A stretch of DNA of 64,000 nt from Lingula anatina (taxonomy: Eukaryota > Animalia > Brachiopoda), in NCBI GenBank assembly GCA_051362555.1, contig CM120640.1, positions 15,872,001-15,936,000 on the forward strand. Direction: 5' to 3'. Below are positions 13,201 to 25,500 of the stretch, piece by piece. The notes below the pieces were generated by a model, which made no database searches, was not told the origin of the DNA, and was given only the letters and a program-made list of their open reading frames with translations. The translations under genes and the position numbers were made by a program. Numbering within the stretch: position 1 is the stretch's first letter; the number at the start of each line of letters is the position of its first letter.

Positions 13201-16200
13201 TTCTCCATAAAATCGGACAAATGTGCGTATCAATCACAATTTAATCTGGACAGATACACTTTTTGTATAACAGTGATTAAATTTTGATAATAGCGAAAAG
13301 GCAGATAAGTTTTATTTGATACGTTTGCATGTAACAGATTAAGGCCGAAAATGTCAAGTTCCTGAGACAACGGTGTCCTGCAGCATGATTAGTTTTAGAG
13401 TTCATAGCCCACATTCCACTGGTCTGGATATTAGTATTACAACAAATTTGAACGCACAAATCCTAACATTCTACCAGTGCTAGTCAGTCTAGTCTCGCGT
13501 GTGCTAGTCAAAATTCTCCAGACAAAATTCTTCAGGCCTATGTATCACGTATGAATTTTTTTTTATTTAAGTTGCTCTAATGTATGCGTCAGTACGCGGC
13601 TGGGGAAACGAGTAATATTCTCACATTCATTAAATAAGTATGTTTGACCTCTACTATGACGACATAACTTGACAGGTGGCTGGGAAACGGTCTATTTCAG
13701 GGCGTGGGATAGTAACTGGAGTACATAACTTCATATAATGATAATGTTCGGAGTTGGGACCTTTTATTTTTCTCTCCGAATACATGAAATTTTAATGGAA
13801 ATGGGAATAGGCCGGGCGTATTGAAAATACATATAACGAGATACATCATTTCCGATGCGTTGGATAATATCCCTCCCAATATCGAAATTTCCTGACAAAG
13901 TAACAAACAATGATTTGAAATTGGTTTTTGTCCTGTAAGCTAATTTGTCGAAAATGCACATCTTGTGCATTAACTATCAAATCTATGGACGTTACTTACA
14001 GACGAAGCCTTGTAGTCAGTGGCCTGGACGGAAGACAGATGACCATGGCGGTCAGTGCAGCCCAGGATATCCTTGGTCTTGTTAATGGTGAACGTACTCC
14101 AGCCCTTGCTGGTCAAGCTGTAGACGGTATTGCAATTGCCAGCGATGTCAGCCTGAAATGAAAAAGTAATTTAAATTCAAGACTAATTTTTATACCTTGT
14201 GCTGAAATTACTTATCTTAACAGTTTCTAATGTTTCAATATATGCTGAAGTAATTGGCCTTAGCAATTTATATTTTAAGCAGGTTTCGGTGATCAAATTT
14301 TTAACATCTTACGTTTCGGGGTCACTAGTTATACGCATGAAATAAAGCAGTTAATACATCAGGGGCGGATTGAGGCCGTCTTCTGGGTCTTCCAGAAGAC
14401 GGTCAGGTTTTCAACTTTACAATGACGGGTATCTAATTTTTTTTTTTGTCGGAAGACGGTCAGAAAAGGAGGATGGATGAACAAAGATAATTGGGAACAC
14501 TGTCAGAAAATATCTCTGGATCCGCCCCTGTACATCTTACTTTATTTGTTTGTGTCTTCGTTATTGCAACTGAATGCAACATTGTACTGATTGCACAAAC
14601 AATATCCCAGACAAAAATAGTATTCATTACAGACTACATTTTTTTAAATGCAAGAAACCATCAAGTAATCTCATCGAAATGCCAGAATCTAATTTTGGTA
14701 TTTGATGCAAATTTTCTATTATCATGAATAACAAAATACGTCTGCATATTTTCACGTAAAATAAATTGACATATTGCACCACGGGCATTTGTTATTGTGA
14801 ATGGTTTCCGAGTGCTTTAATCGACTTCGCGTCATGACAACTGTTACTTCAATTACTTTTCAATGGCAAACACCCGACGCCCTTATAACACTAGGAAAGT
14901 TTCAACGTATGGCTTTTAACGGTGATAGGTTCCAGCCGCACACATTTTCTTATTATTTAACGGCCATAAATTCATATGATGGACCTCGAAACACGGGATG
15001 TCCAACCCATATCCGCCTTTTAGTTAACAAAGACTTGTTAGCTCAGTAGCCAGGTTACTTTTTGTTCATAAGGTCACTTTAAAAGTGTCATAATAAGGGC
15101 GTGCAATGAGAGAAGGAAAGGTCTTTTCTAAGAAACTTCATTCGCCAAACGGAACAGTTACTTCCGTTCATAGCAATGTGGTAGAAAATTTAATTAGTTC
15201 AGTCATGACGAGGCTATAACATACAATAATACGACATATTTATCTTCATTAATACTTAAAAATATTTAACGCTGTAAAAAGGTAATTTTTCCTACCTCTT
15301 TCGTGGTCTTGCCCTTCTCAAATTCGTCCATAGTGTTCTGGAAGGCGGACAGAATACCCCTCTTGAAGTTCAGGGCTTTCACATCCTCTCCCTCTACTGG
15401 ACACAGGCTCTCCACCTCACCGTCCTGGAAGGCAAACCTCAGGGGGTTGGCCTCGACCAAACGGGCAAAGCGGTCATCAGTGATCGGAGTTCTTGAGTGG
15501 AAATTTGTGGGATCGGATTGCTCCAGACGAACCTGATTCACCTTTAAGTACAAAAATGTCCAATCTGTTTATTACTTTCTAAATCAACAAATCTTTGTCA
15601 TATTTCAAATAAGATTGAAGTAAAATATTATTTGTTTATGAAGCATAAAGTAAGAAAGAATGTCGAATTCATTGTGTTAGAGAAGATAGTGCAGAGCACA
15701 ATCCAACACAATAATCACAACTAGCACATCTTGAGATCAATCTTTACCTTGAGCACCATCTCGCACTTGTCCAAAACTTCAATTTCCACCGTAGCCTTGG
15801 CATGCAGGCCGGATTGTTCTTCCATCGACCCTTGGATTTGAGTCGTTGTGTCAGCTTCGTAGCTGAACTGATATGTCTTTCTCGTCTCATACTTGAATTT
15901 GTTCAAATCTGTAAACAAGTTACAACAACCGTTTAAATATTTTCTTCGCTTTACATTTCAAATCATGCAAATTTATAAATGACACAACTTAATAGTTCTC
16001 TCTCTTCAGAGCGAAACTGTTTCAGCCACACGTTTATTTTACATAATCATTTAATATATGTTGGACCATACATTTTAAAATCGTTATTTTTTATGTTATT
16101 GTTCTTGTTTAAAGTACTTTTTAATAGATTTCCAGATACAGATGTCAGCAAGTATTAACTATATTTGAAAAGGGAGGAACCATTACTTTAGAAAAGATAA

Positions 16201-17872
16201 AAGTATTTAATTTTCTGATAACTAATCAAAGTAACTTACTTAAAGATAGTAATGTGTATTTAACACGATTATGCGAATAAGTTAATCACAACTCGGAAAA
16301 CTCTTTTTAATGATTGACGAACGCGTATCATCCTTTTTACTGATGAGTCCTAAGGTCAGGATACATAAGTGGTATCCAGGCACTCAGCTCAGTTTTGTCC
16401 ACTCATCTAATCAGTAACAGTGAACTTTGGACCCAACGCTCAGATAATTGCGCGTAAGACAACCGCGGAAACATCTTAGCAACGTGAAGGAACTGAGGCG
16501 CCGTGTAAGTACAACGTAATTGTGTTTAATTAAACACACGCTCATAGAATTAATCCCGTGACGTAACTTTATACGAGTTAGTAAATTAGCTGGAGCCCAT
16601 CAGCTAGGCAATAACCCTTTGTGTAGAAACATAACGTAATACTCACCCTCTCTGCAAGATCTTGCACAAGTGGTCTGAACCTCTCGTCGCATGGGAACTG
16701 GAATAAATTCACAATCAAAGTTAATTACTCCCACTTGAAAAGTAGAAGGCATAAATGAGAGGGATCAAACGAAATCAAAGAAGTTAATGCAAAGAGATTA
16801 ATTCAAGTTCTGTCGGACACTTTCTTGAAATTGCCGCTCAAAACGATGTCGCTGCCGCTCAAAAGGATTTAGCTATCTGATTATATTATCTCTTTTCCTT
16901 ACTAAACCTCAGACTCTGATGCAAGTGTCATTAATAATCATTTTGTTATTACTGTCACTATTACGATGAGAAAACGAAGCAAATTTGATACAATTCAATT
17001 CACGTTTTAAAAACTACTTTGCAGCACTGAGCTTTACTTATGCTCATTTTAAAACTTAATTGTTTGTGATGTGAAACACTTACATAAATGTTCTACAACA
17101 GTTTAAGCTTATGCTTACATAAAATTATACGACTGTTCTTTCGAAATTCAGAATTATTATTTAAGAAACATGTTCTGATAGATATGAGCAATGGAGGGAA
17201 CTACTTTGGAAAAAGTAGGACTTGTGATAAAAGAAAGTGTCTTTGTTTCAAGAGTCTTGGTGGTACTGCATGCCTACGAAGACCAAGCGTTCATCTACTG
17301 TATCTAAATACTGTAAAAACCGCTACAAACAATTTATTTAGTATTGCCGAATAAACAGTGAAACTCTTAGAGCATCTGGTGCGCGGTTGTTTTGATGCGC
17401 TCAAAACACCCCAGTCAGCTGACATTCAATTCCGTTTCTTTCTGGGACAAAATTTTGAATGGAAGCCAAATAGGACGCGATCTAGCAGATCAAAACACCT
17501 TCCATACTATAGAAGGAAAATATCATACCTATACCACTAACGCCTGACCCTACTTACGTAATACAAAGTTCAAGATACGTAACACAAGAGTTCATATGGT
17601 TAAAATGCATTGAAAGATCTCTATCTTTGTTCCATAGCTTTCTCTTACTAGAACAAACCCTCTCTACATCTCAACTTCCGAAAATTATATTAAAGAAGCG
17701 ATACATAGTACTATAGAAAAAACCCTTGCGCCCTTCACTCAAAACAGCTACTACTACACAACAAATAATGTGCCATGTCTTATACAAGCAAAGATGTTCT
17801 CAACTCACCAGCAAGGCTCCCAGCTAGGCTCCCAGCTACGCAGGCCAGTACCAGCACTGCTTTCAGTTCCAT
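1..17872 (-). CDS. Apolipophorin / apoB-like large lipid transfer protein (vitellogenin_N/LLT domain); 5' part, 3' end outside the window
   Basis: 17 GT-AG exons with consistent phases: 17809-17872 (signal peptide MELKAVLVLACVAGSLAGSLA), 16647-16697, 15748-15908, 15296-15541, 14000-14152, 10436-10634, 10041-10287, 9687-9852, 9151-9471, 8374-8946, 7857-8191, 7493-7675, 6221-6488, 5558-5978, 4976-5210, 4559-4775, 1-4240. LLTP motifs: ALNFKRGILSAFQ, DIAGNC, LKALGN, EIRIASFLALMKCP, VNQVGSFVWTYL, RKFSRNIE, SNLIWSPKSYIPRSG, LKIFGNEI, IPTIVGFPLKL. Confidence 0.92.
6653..7380. mobile_element. Non-autonomous TIR DNA transposon (CCC...GGG ends, possibly CMC/EnSpm-like) in an apolipophorin intron
   Basis: Imperfect TIRs CCCAGCAGGCA... 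/ ...TGCCCGCTGGG, subterminal clusters of CAACGTTG-like repeats at both ends, AA on both flanks (putative 2-bp TSD). Confidence 0.7.
10658..13107 (-). mobile_element. Helentron-associated interspersed element (HINE-like) with internal tandem duplications
   Basis: 5' hairpin TATGTACAGACACA-TC-TGTGTCTGTACATA (13075-13104) followed by a (GATGCC)n microsatellite. About 159-bp internal units (CAGCATAAC at 12559, 12718, 12877), a 558-bp duplication (12001 vs 12559) and a second partial head at ~11130-11348. 3' subterminal IR TGTCTGTACAT (10679-10689), a small stem-loop and a CTTGT end. Confidence 0.75.
14360..14530. mobile_element. MITE with CAGGGGCGGAT TIRs and a 5-bp TSD
   Basis: CAGGGGCGGAT...ATCCGCCCCTG, flanked on both sides by TACAT. 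Confidence 0.75.
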
Positions 17873-17924
17873 AGTGTAGCTGCAGTGCAGTTCTTCAATT
17901 GACTCGAAGCGCGCAGCGCGCTCG

Positions 17925-17965
17925 GCTATATACCCCGTTTATCACAAAGCAGGGTCCAAAAGTCA
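17925..17965 (-). promoter_or_regulatory. Apolipophorin core promoter: TATA-like box, GATA site and DR1-like (HNF4-type) element
   Basis: Minus-strand TATATAG at ~17926-17932, about 55 nt upstream of the ATG; TGATAA (plus-strand ttatca, 17939-17944); GGTCCA-A-AAGTCA at 17953-17965. Confidence 0.5.
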
Positions 17966-19969
17966 CCTCTTGACAGCTGGAGAAAATGTTGATCTCAGCG
18001 ATAATTTATTCAGATACGGGGCGAATCCTCTCGAGTTTTGAACCTTAGGGCCAGTCCTAAGTAAGTTATTCATCATTGTTTAAACAATGCTGAGGGCTTT
18101 GTTAATCATAAACAAGGAGATAGGAGGGATGACATGTAAAATGTGAGAAGTTGCATAAATTATTTCTAAATCCTGCAATAGGTGCTGCAATGCGTGACAG
18201 GCACTTGCTGTTGGCCCAACCTCCCGCGCTTGTAATAAACCAGCGCCTTATTTGCATAATCACATGGAAATTTTAAGTTATGACAAAATTGAAAATACAT
18301 GTGATGTTAATCTAAATAGATGCTGATAACTCGAAGCGTCGGTTGCAGATATAAAATGTTCAAAAGTTTTTAAGTGTCTGTTATAGAATGAATTCGGTAA
18401 AATTCCCTTCCACCTTCTACTCCCCCACCCCCACCCCATCTCGCCTTTCTCCCTCCTCTCTCTCTTTCTGAATGAATGCATACTGAGAAACCAATGGCGT
18501 AACATTTTTCAAGTATTTGGAGATCCGAGTTCATGCCAGATGACAAATATACGTCATTTCCAGACATTTGGTGAGCTATAAGAACAACTGAATGTGGTTT
18601 CATATGGATGGAATAAATAGTTTTGTATTGTTATTCACCAAATATTCAAAAAGAAATTATGTGCGTGAAACTCTGGCATTTCGTAATTTCACGCAAGACC
18701 TTGGCATTTTTCGCGCACAGCTTGTTTAACCCGCACGCGCAAACGTAACAAAGCCAAAAGGGAGTATGACTTGAGTCAAAAAAATCATGAATGACTTTAA
18801 AGGAACTAAAAGTTAACTATTTCGAAAAAACAGTGTTTTAAAAGAAAATGATATGAAATTCAACGGTGGAGACCCCTAGCACGTGTTAGGTACTGCGCAC
18901 TTCCAGGGGTTTCATTCGTTATCACAGGTTGTTGAGTACAGTTTCAAATAGTTAGGTATTCCTTCACCTGTGATTATAGATAAATTAAGTCATTTAGTGC
19001 AATGTCATACAATTTGCACAGCGACAAAACATTTACTGTTGCACGTGCGCGCGCGCACACACACACACACAGCACTCGCTTCTCTATAGCCACGTCGTTG
19101 GCTGCCTATCTCAAGGAACCATTTTCTTCAGTTTATGTCGATTCGAAGAAAAAGCATGTCGCTCTTAAATATCAATCGTTTTTTTTTTTTTTTTTTTTTT
19201 TGTCAATTGTTTTTTGATATATTTCAAAAGCGACCAACTCGCCAGGCGTCATTTCTGTACCGAATTACACCGTGTTTTCTCTCGAAATGGTTGATATGAA
19301 AACGTATACAATAACCAATCTGTTCACTTTGCTCTGTTTATCACTGATCAAACTATCAGTACAAGGGAGGACAGGTAATGACACCTGAAATGACATCGTT
19401 TTGACAAGTGTGCTTAAGAGCACGTCACTTGGTGCAACATATGCACGTGTTTATTAACTGATGACTTATGGAGTTCAGGGCAATATGTACAAATTGCGCA
19501 GCTCGGGTATAGATCAACGAGTATAAGTCATTGTCCTTTTCCTTAGATATAAACCCTAACGTTGGACCTAAATATTGATGTAAATTTTCCATGCCACTGG
19601 CAGGTCTCCAAAGATCTGAACTAGTTACTGTTTGTCAGACAAATTCAAGTCGCGTGCCAATATAGTAGACTACAATTTTTCTATTTTGTATAAATAATGG
19701 CGATGATAATTGTTGCCATTGTGTATTGTTCGGGCGTCAAAGTTAACAAGCATAGAAAAAAATTAAAAGCATTATATCGACATCGGGCAAATGTTTAATT
19801 TGGTGAGTCTCGGATAAAAAAGGAAATAGGGTACTGTTTGCAAGAAGGTACCCAGTGTCATAATAGAATCATACAGTGAAAATGAAAATGTTTGGTTGAA
19901 TTAATGTTAAATGATCTAAATATTTTCTTGCACAAAGGAATTTTTAAAAAAGGAATAATTACCTTAAAA

Positions 19970-19972
19970 GTG

Positions 19973-20008
<36 letters not shown>

Positions 20009-20110
20009 ATGCAAATATGAGCGTGAGAGAGAGAGGGAAGGGGGAAGAAAGAGACAGAGACAGAATGAAAATAAAACGGAAAAGAGAGAAAGAGAGAGAG
20101 AGAGAGAGAG
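19970..20110. repeat. (TG)n and (AG)n microsatellites
   Basis: Dinucleotide runs at ~19970-20008 and ~20085-20110. Confidence 0.9.
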
Positions 20111-20629
20111 GGACAACGACATACGCTTACACCAAAAAGGAAAGAAAGAAGTTAACACTGGGACCTCAGGTAGACCTATTTCATTTTCAGTTGAGTAGTC
20201 TAACCATGAAACCATGAACCTGAATGCTTTCATGTAGTCTATATTTGGGGGTTATTCTTCAGGCTTTACAAACCACGTTCGATTCCTTTTAACGTTTCAA
20301 CAAATAGAACCGAGGACGCATGTATGTAGGGCCTATAGGCCTACATAAAAACTCAAGATAACCAGAGGAGACATCCTTTTTGGTCTAGGCCTACTGGTGA
20401 CTTTTTATGACATCAAAAATATTTCTTCTCTCCTCAAGTTTTTCATTTTATTTTTTATTATTTAAAATATTGCTGAATCTTCATCGCAAAATAAAGTCGT
20501 TTTCATATGTAGCCTATATTAAAAATTTTCAGGAATCCAAAAGCGGCGTTGTGTTAAAAAAAGCTGTAGGCCTAGGAGTCATGCATGCATTTGAGAGATG
20601 TGATGATTTCTAAGATCCAAATGTTATAA

Positions 20630-21050
20630 CAGTGGCGGATTTAGAGGGGGGGTCCTGACCCCCCCCCCCCCCCCCTTCGATTTCTGAAAAATATCACACT
20701 AATATTCCCCTCTTGAAGTTAGAATTTTGACCAGTTGGATCATTATTCTAAACCGTATCAAATGGCACCATTCGCCTTCTAAAATACCAAAATTTTTCGG
20801 GGACCTTCAGCGGACCCCGAACCCCTCTCTTTAATGACTTTAATATTTTGCTGTAAACCAACCAGATGAGCAGGCTTACCACGGGACGGTATATAAACAA
20901 CAGACTTGTAGGCCTAAAATCATATAACACGCCTTTTTGATGAGATCGTGAATTTTATTTCTCCAAATCACGAAAAACAGTGCAAGTTATCATTAAAAGC
21001 TGCCGTCTGGTATAGCTCCCCCCCCCCCCCCCCCTTTAAATCGGCACATC
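20630..21050. mobile_element. Degenerate CAGTGGCGGAT-type MITE with G/C-run arms
   Basis: Starts CAGTGGCGGATTTAGAGGGGGG and ends ...CCCCCTTTAAATCGGCAC. The internal segment (tcaaatggcaccattcgcc...aaataccaaaa) resembles the element at 26901-27118. Confidence 0.5.
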
Positions 21051-21169
21051 GACTGTGTAAACACAGTAAAACTATCAGCAGGTATATCATGCGCTGGCTG
21101 GAGAGGCAAGAACTTTTGCGGTTGGTTCCTAAAATCGTATGATCTCGGCTCACAAGGAGCTCGAGACGT

Positions 21170-21231
21170 TTGATTGGATCACTATGTTAACACATGCGCA
21201 GCACCAACTTCCGTTCAAAACATCACGCCAC
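21170..21231 (+). promoter_or_regulatory. HMGCS promoter module: inverted CCAAT (NF-Y), ETS-like site, sterol regulatory element
   Basis: TGATTGG at 21171-21177; ACTTCCG at ~21207-21213; ATCACGCCAC at 21222-21231, matching the SREBP consensus ATCAC(C/G)CCAC; ~100 nt upstream of a strong donor T|GTAAGT at 21334. Confidence 0.6.
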
Positions 21232-22542
21232 ATTTGTAGACTACATTTATTTGAAGATTCACTATATATTTGCAAAATTGAAGCTCCTAAGAAGAGGCTA
21301 AAGCTTTTGGAAGAAATTCAACTGAATCCCACATGTAAGTACGGTATTTTATATTAGTTTAATTGCAGATTGATGGTAAAGGGAAGATACAAACGTAGTG
21401 CCCAAGACTACTAGCTGTTACTAATACTACATTATATTTTGATACTCTACTACTACTACTAGTTGAACGTTGGAAGTTGAATGGAAAGCAAAGTTAACAC
21501 CGTGTGTAATGATGGATTCGTGTTATACACAACTATCTGCTCCTTCATCTGTATGTTTTAGGCAAAACAAATTGTTGGGACGGTAAAAAAAAATCATTAA
21601 AACCAAACACACGGAAGTGCTCGAGACATGACCTTGACCTGAATTTCTCACCTGACATGGAAGGTAGATGTTTGTTTGGCAGGAAGGATGAGGGGATGGG
21701 GTGCTAGTTGTAGTTGCACAAGGAGCAATGTTACTAACTGTCATTTGTAAAGATGATGATGTGAAATACCACTGGGGCAGTAATGACTTACTACAATTTA
21801 TGAAGTCAAAACTCCTGTATGATGCCTCATACATGTACATGATTTCCATCTTCAGTACCACATTATCAACATAAGATTCATTTTCAAACTCCACACTATA
21901 TTACAGTCCAGGCAATAATATTACTCATTATGAAAGTAAGATGCTTTCAGTGATAATCAGATTCCTGCATAAATGATACTGCACCTATAGTTTGCTACTG
22001 AGACTGTCGTTTTTGAAGTGTGAATAACACATTTAGCATACAGAGTGGTGTGATTTAGCTTTTTTTTTTAGATGAGATATAGATAGCTATATAATTTCAC
22101 TGTACACTACACAAATTGGGAAGGATCCTAAAGACATCATGCATTATAATGTATTGGAAATTTAATCAACGAGGCAGATAATGCATAAAGGAATGCATTC
22201 TTTATGGGGGAGTAACAGATGGTCTTGTTTTCTAGTCAGGAAGTAAGACTGATGCAGTCTATAGTAAATAAATACATATAATATTAATTTTTCACCAAAA
22301 AATAATTTAAATGCGTTGTAAATATAGTAATTGTCACTGTCCATTCACAGTCTTTTGCCTCTATGGGGTGAGGTTGGGGAGGGGGGGCAGAAAACATGCT
22401 CCCAAATTTTACATGAATCTACATGAAGCCATTCATTATGTAGCATTTAAATGTAATATAAATGATATGATTATCCCCTTTCCAATAGTATTTATTTTAT
22501 GATTTTCTTTCTTTTTTTTTTTCAGTCCATAACCCAACCACA

Positions 22543-25500
22543 ATGCCTGGTCAGAAATCAGTAAATCAGCAAAGTTGGCCACAAGATGTGGGTATTCTTG
22601 CCTTGGAGATTTACTTTCCAGCACAGTATGTGGAGCAAAATGAATTGGAGGAGTTTGATGGAGTGTCACAAGGAAAATACACCATAGGTCTTGGACAGCA
22701 GAAAATGGGATTTTGCTCCGACAGGGAGGATATTAATTCATTATGTCTGACTGTAGTACAGCGCCTCATGGAGAGAAACCAGGTTTCATATCAGGATGTA
22801 GGCAGACTTGAAGTGGGGACGGAGACTGTCATAGACAAGTCTAAAAGTGTCAAGACAGTGTTGATGCAGCTGTTTGAAGACAGCGGGAATACCAGCATAG
22901 AAGGAGTGGATACTACTAATGCATGCTATGGAGGCACCTCTGCATTGTTTAACTCTTTAAATTGGATAGAATCCAGTGCATGGGATGGTAAGGACAGTTG
23001 TTTTGCGTGCCCCCCCCCCCCCTCCCAATACACACACGCCCCCAAATCATCCCCCCCTGGATAATGCCCCCTTCCTATAGCTACATGGTAGGCTTTATAT
23101 CTGTCATTTCTGCACTCCAATAAAACAATCTTCCAACGAGGTTTTAGCAGTGTTTTTAGGGGCACTAGTGCTAAAGTTGCCAAGTATAAAGCTGTTGAAC
23201 ATAAATCTGCACGTGTATTGCATTAAGAATTTGAAAGGGAAGCATATGAAAAGTATATTGTAACCCAGTTCCAATGTGTTTTGCTTCTGGAGAGAGATTT
23301 GGACTTTGAACTTGTTTTGCTCCTATCCAGCCACATGTGATTTTATATTGAAAGTACATGCACCTTTCAACCTAAATAGATCAGATTTCATGGAGTCATA
23401 AGACTTAAGAATAGCTGTGCAGAGGTAGAGCTTGACCCTTCTATTTATGGCATAGACAAGCCTGCTTCACCAAGACCACCATCCAACATGCAGTGTTTTG
23501 TTGTAAAATTAAGAAAATATTGGAATTACTGAATTTTTTTGAAAGAAAAGGTTATTTCATTTCATGTACTATCACAGAAACCTCTCAACAACTGAAAAAT
23601 TCTGTTAGTTTCTTGAAATATATTTTTGTCATTTTAAAAGTATGTAATGCTGCAGTGCAATTTGTCCAAGCAACTTTTTGCCTGTCCCCTAAGCTTGTGT
23701 ACTATTTTTACACAGACACAGCCTACGTCTTTTAAAAACATAGGGAAGTGCTTTTATGTTCTCTACATAACTATTTAGCATAAGTTCTAATGCAGATCTA
23801 GAGCTGCTGATTTGTTAAAAGTTCCTCTTTGTCACTAAAGACATTTTATCCTACATGTGGAGCACTTAAAAGTAATTCACATTGAGAGCCAAAGGAAAGC
23901 AACAAGTTCAAAGTCTTTCACAGTTCTTTGGGTGCAGCCTGATTTAGTAATTATGAAAAAGTTAAACTCAATAATGCAGTGTAATGAGAGACATTGCCTT
24001 TCCTGTAGCAGATGTTCATGTTGATACAAGTTTATTTGCACTTTGCGTGCATATATATATGTGACTGACTATTTACTCTTTACTAACTGAACTCCAGGCA
24101 TTATAAACGGATTAGGCATTTACTAATGCTATTCGTGGGTCTTTTAGCACTTTTAACGACAAAACCCATGCATTAACCAACACACTGTACAATTATTTAG
24201 TACCAACATAGCAAAACCTAGCACTAACATTTATCTGCTCTGGTAGTGCTGGTTATTTTGTGAGTTATGTGGTTAATATGGGTTGTCTAATCCGTTTATA
24301 AGGCCTGAATTCTTTCTACCTATTTTCACACATTTGTGAAGAAAAGTTCATGAATAAGACATGACTACATTGTACTTTACAAAGGGCCCCCTAACAGATT
24401 CCACAGAATGATAAAATTCATTAAAAAAAGGGATGAAATTTGGGAAAGAGGGGGGAGGGGGAAAACAGTAAACATGACAGTTCAAATGATCTATATATGC
24501 ACCACAAATGAATATTATTTCATTTACATCATCAATTGTATTGCCAATATATTTATATTTTAGGTCGTTATGCCATAGTAGTAGCTGGGGATATAGCAGT
24601 CTATGCTACAGGGAATGCTCGTTGTACAGGAGGGGCTGGGGCTGTGGCTATGTTACTGGGATCTCATGCACCTCTGGTGTTTGACCGAGGTAAGACGCTC
24701 AGTTTTTGCGAAATATTGTGGATCACTTTTGAGATGTTTTCATCTTCCAAAACTAAGCCACTGTTGATGTAATATCTATAAACAATGGGTATGCATGTTT
24801 ATTGCAGCAATATTGCCGGAGTTTGCAAGAAAAAATTTATTGCTGCTAATTTGCAGCCATATTGCAGCAAATTTGCAAGAAAGAATTGCAGTTTGCAGTA
24901 ATATTGCAGCAGGCCTGATATTTTACTAAGGTAACAGAAGAGAATCAAAGTTATGAGATGTGTGATTAAATAAGATGAAATAAAAGGATCATTTAAAATC
25001 TATTATTTATCCCTCTGAATACAAATTTATTACTGATATTTTTTATTAAATATAGAATGCATTAGACTTTAAGGGAGCTTGTGGAAGCAGTTTCTGGTAT
25101 ATGAATTTCCATCCTTATGAATTCAAGAAATATTTGCAATTGGATGATTAAAAAAATATCGTCAATGAGGAAACAGTTGTGACCTTTGTTAATGATTTTA
25201 TTATTCATAAACTAATGTACAAGAGAAAGGCAACCTTTTACATGTGGTCCTCCTTAAGTGGTCTCTCTGTTTAAAGAGCTGGTTGTATACAGTGCTTTCT
25301 GAATAACCTGAAGGTCACAGGTATCATCTCAAACATTGAACTTTGTACCCTGCTTTTATTTACATTTAGTCAGTCAATCTCTAGTTATTATTGCTGCCTG
25401 TCAATCGAAAAGGGCACTGGGTAGATATTTCCATGTCTTGTGATTAATGGGAAAAAGTTTATGAAGTGTTTGAGTAGGGAGTTGAGTTCTTTGTTATCTG

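Noticed and set aside
12394-13233. 279-aa minus-strand ORF with internal repeats
   Set aside because: It coincides with the HINE head, microsatellite and 159-bp tandem units and has no protein motifs; a repeat-derived spurious ORF.
16339-16375. CTGATGAGTCCT...AGGAT resembling a hammerhead ribozyme core
   Set aside because: The required GAAA after stem II is missing (ACATA instead) and stems I and III cannot be formed convincingly.
19964-20233. ORFs with SLSLSL, HTHTHT or CVCVCV runs (also near 26769, 33430 and 47093)
   Set aside because: Translations of dinucleotide microsatellites.
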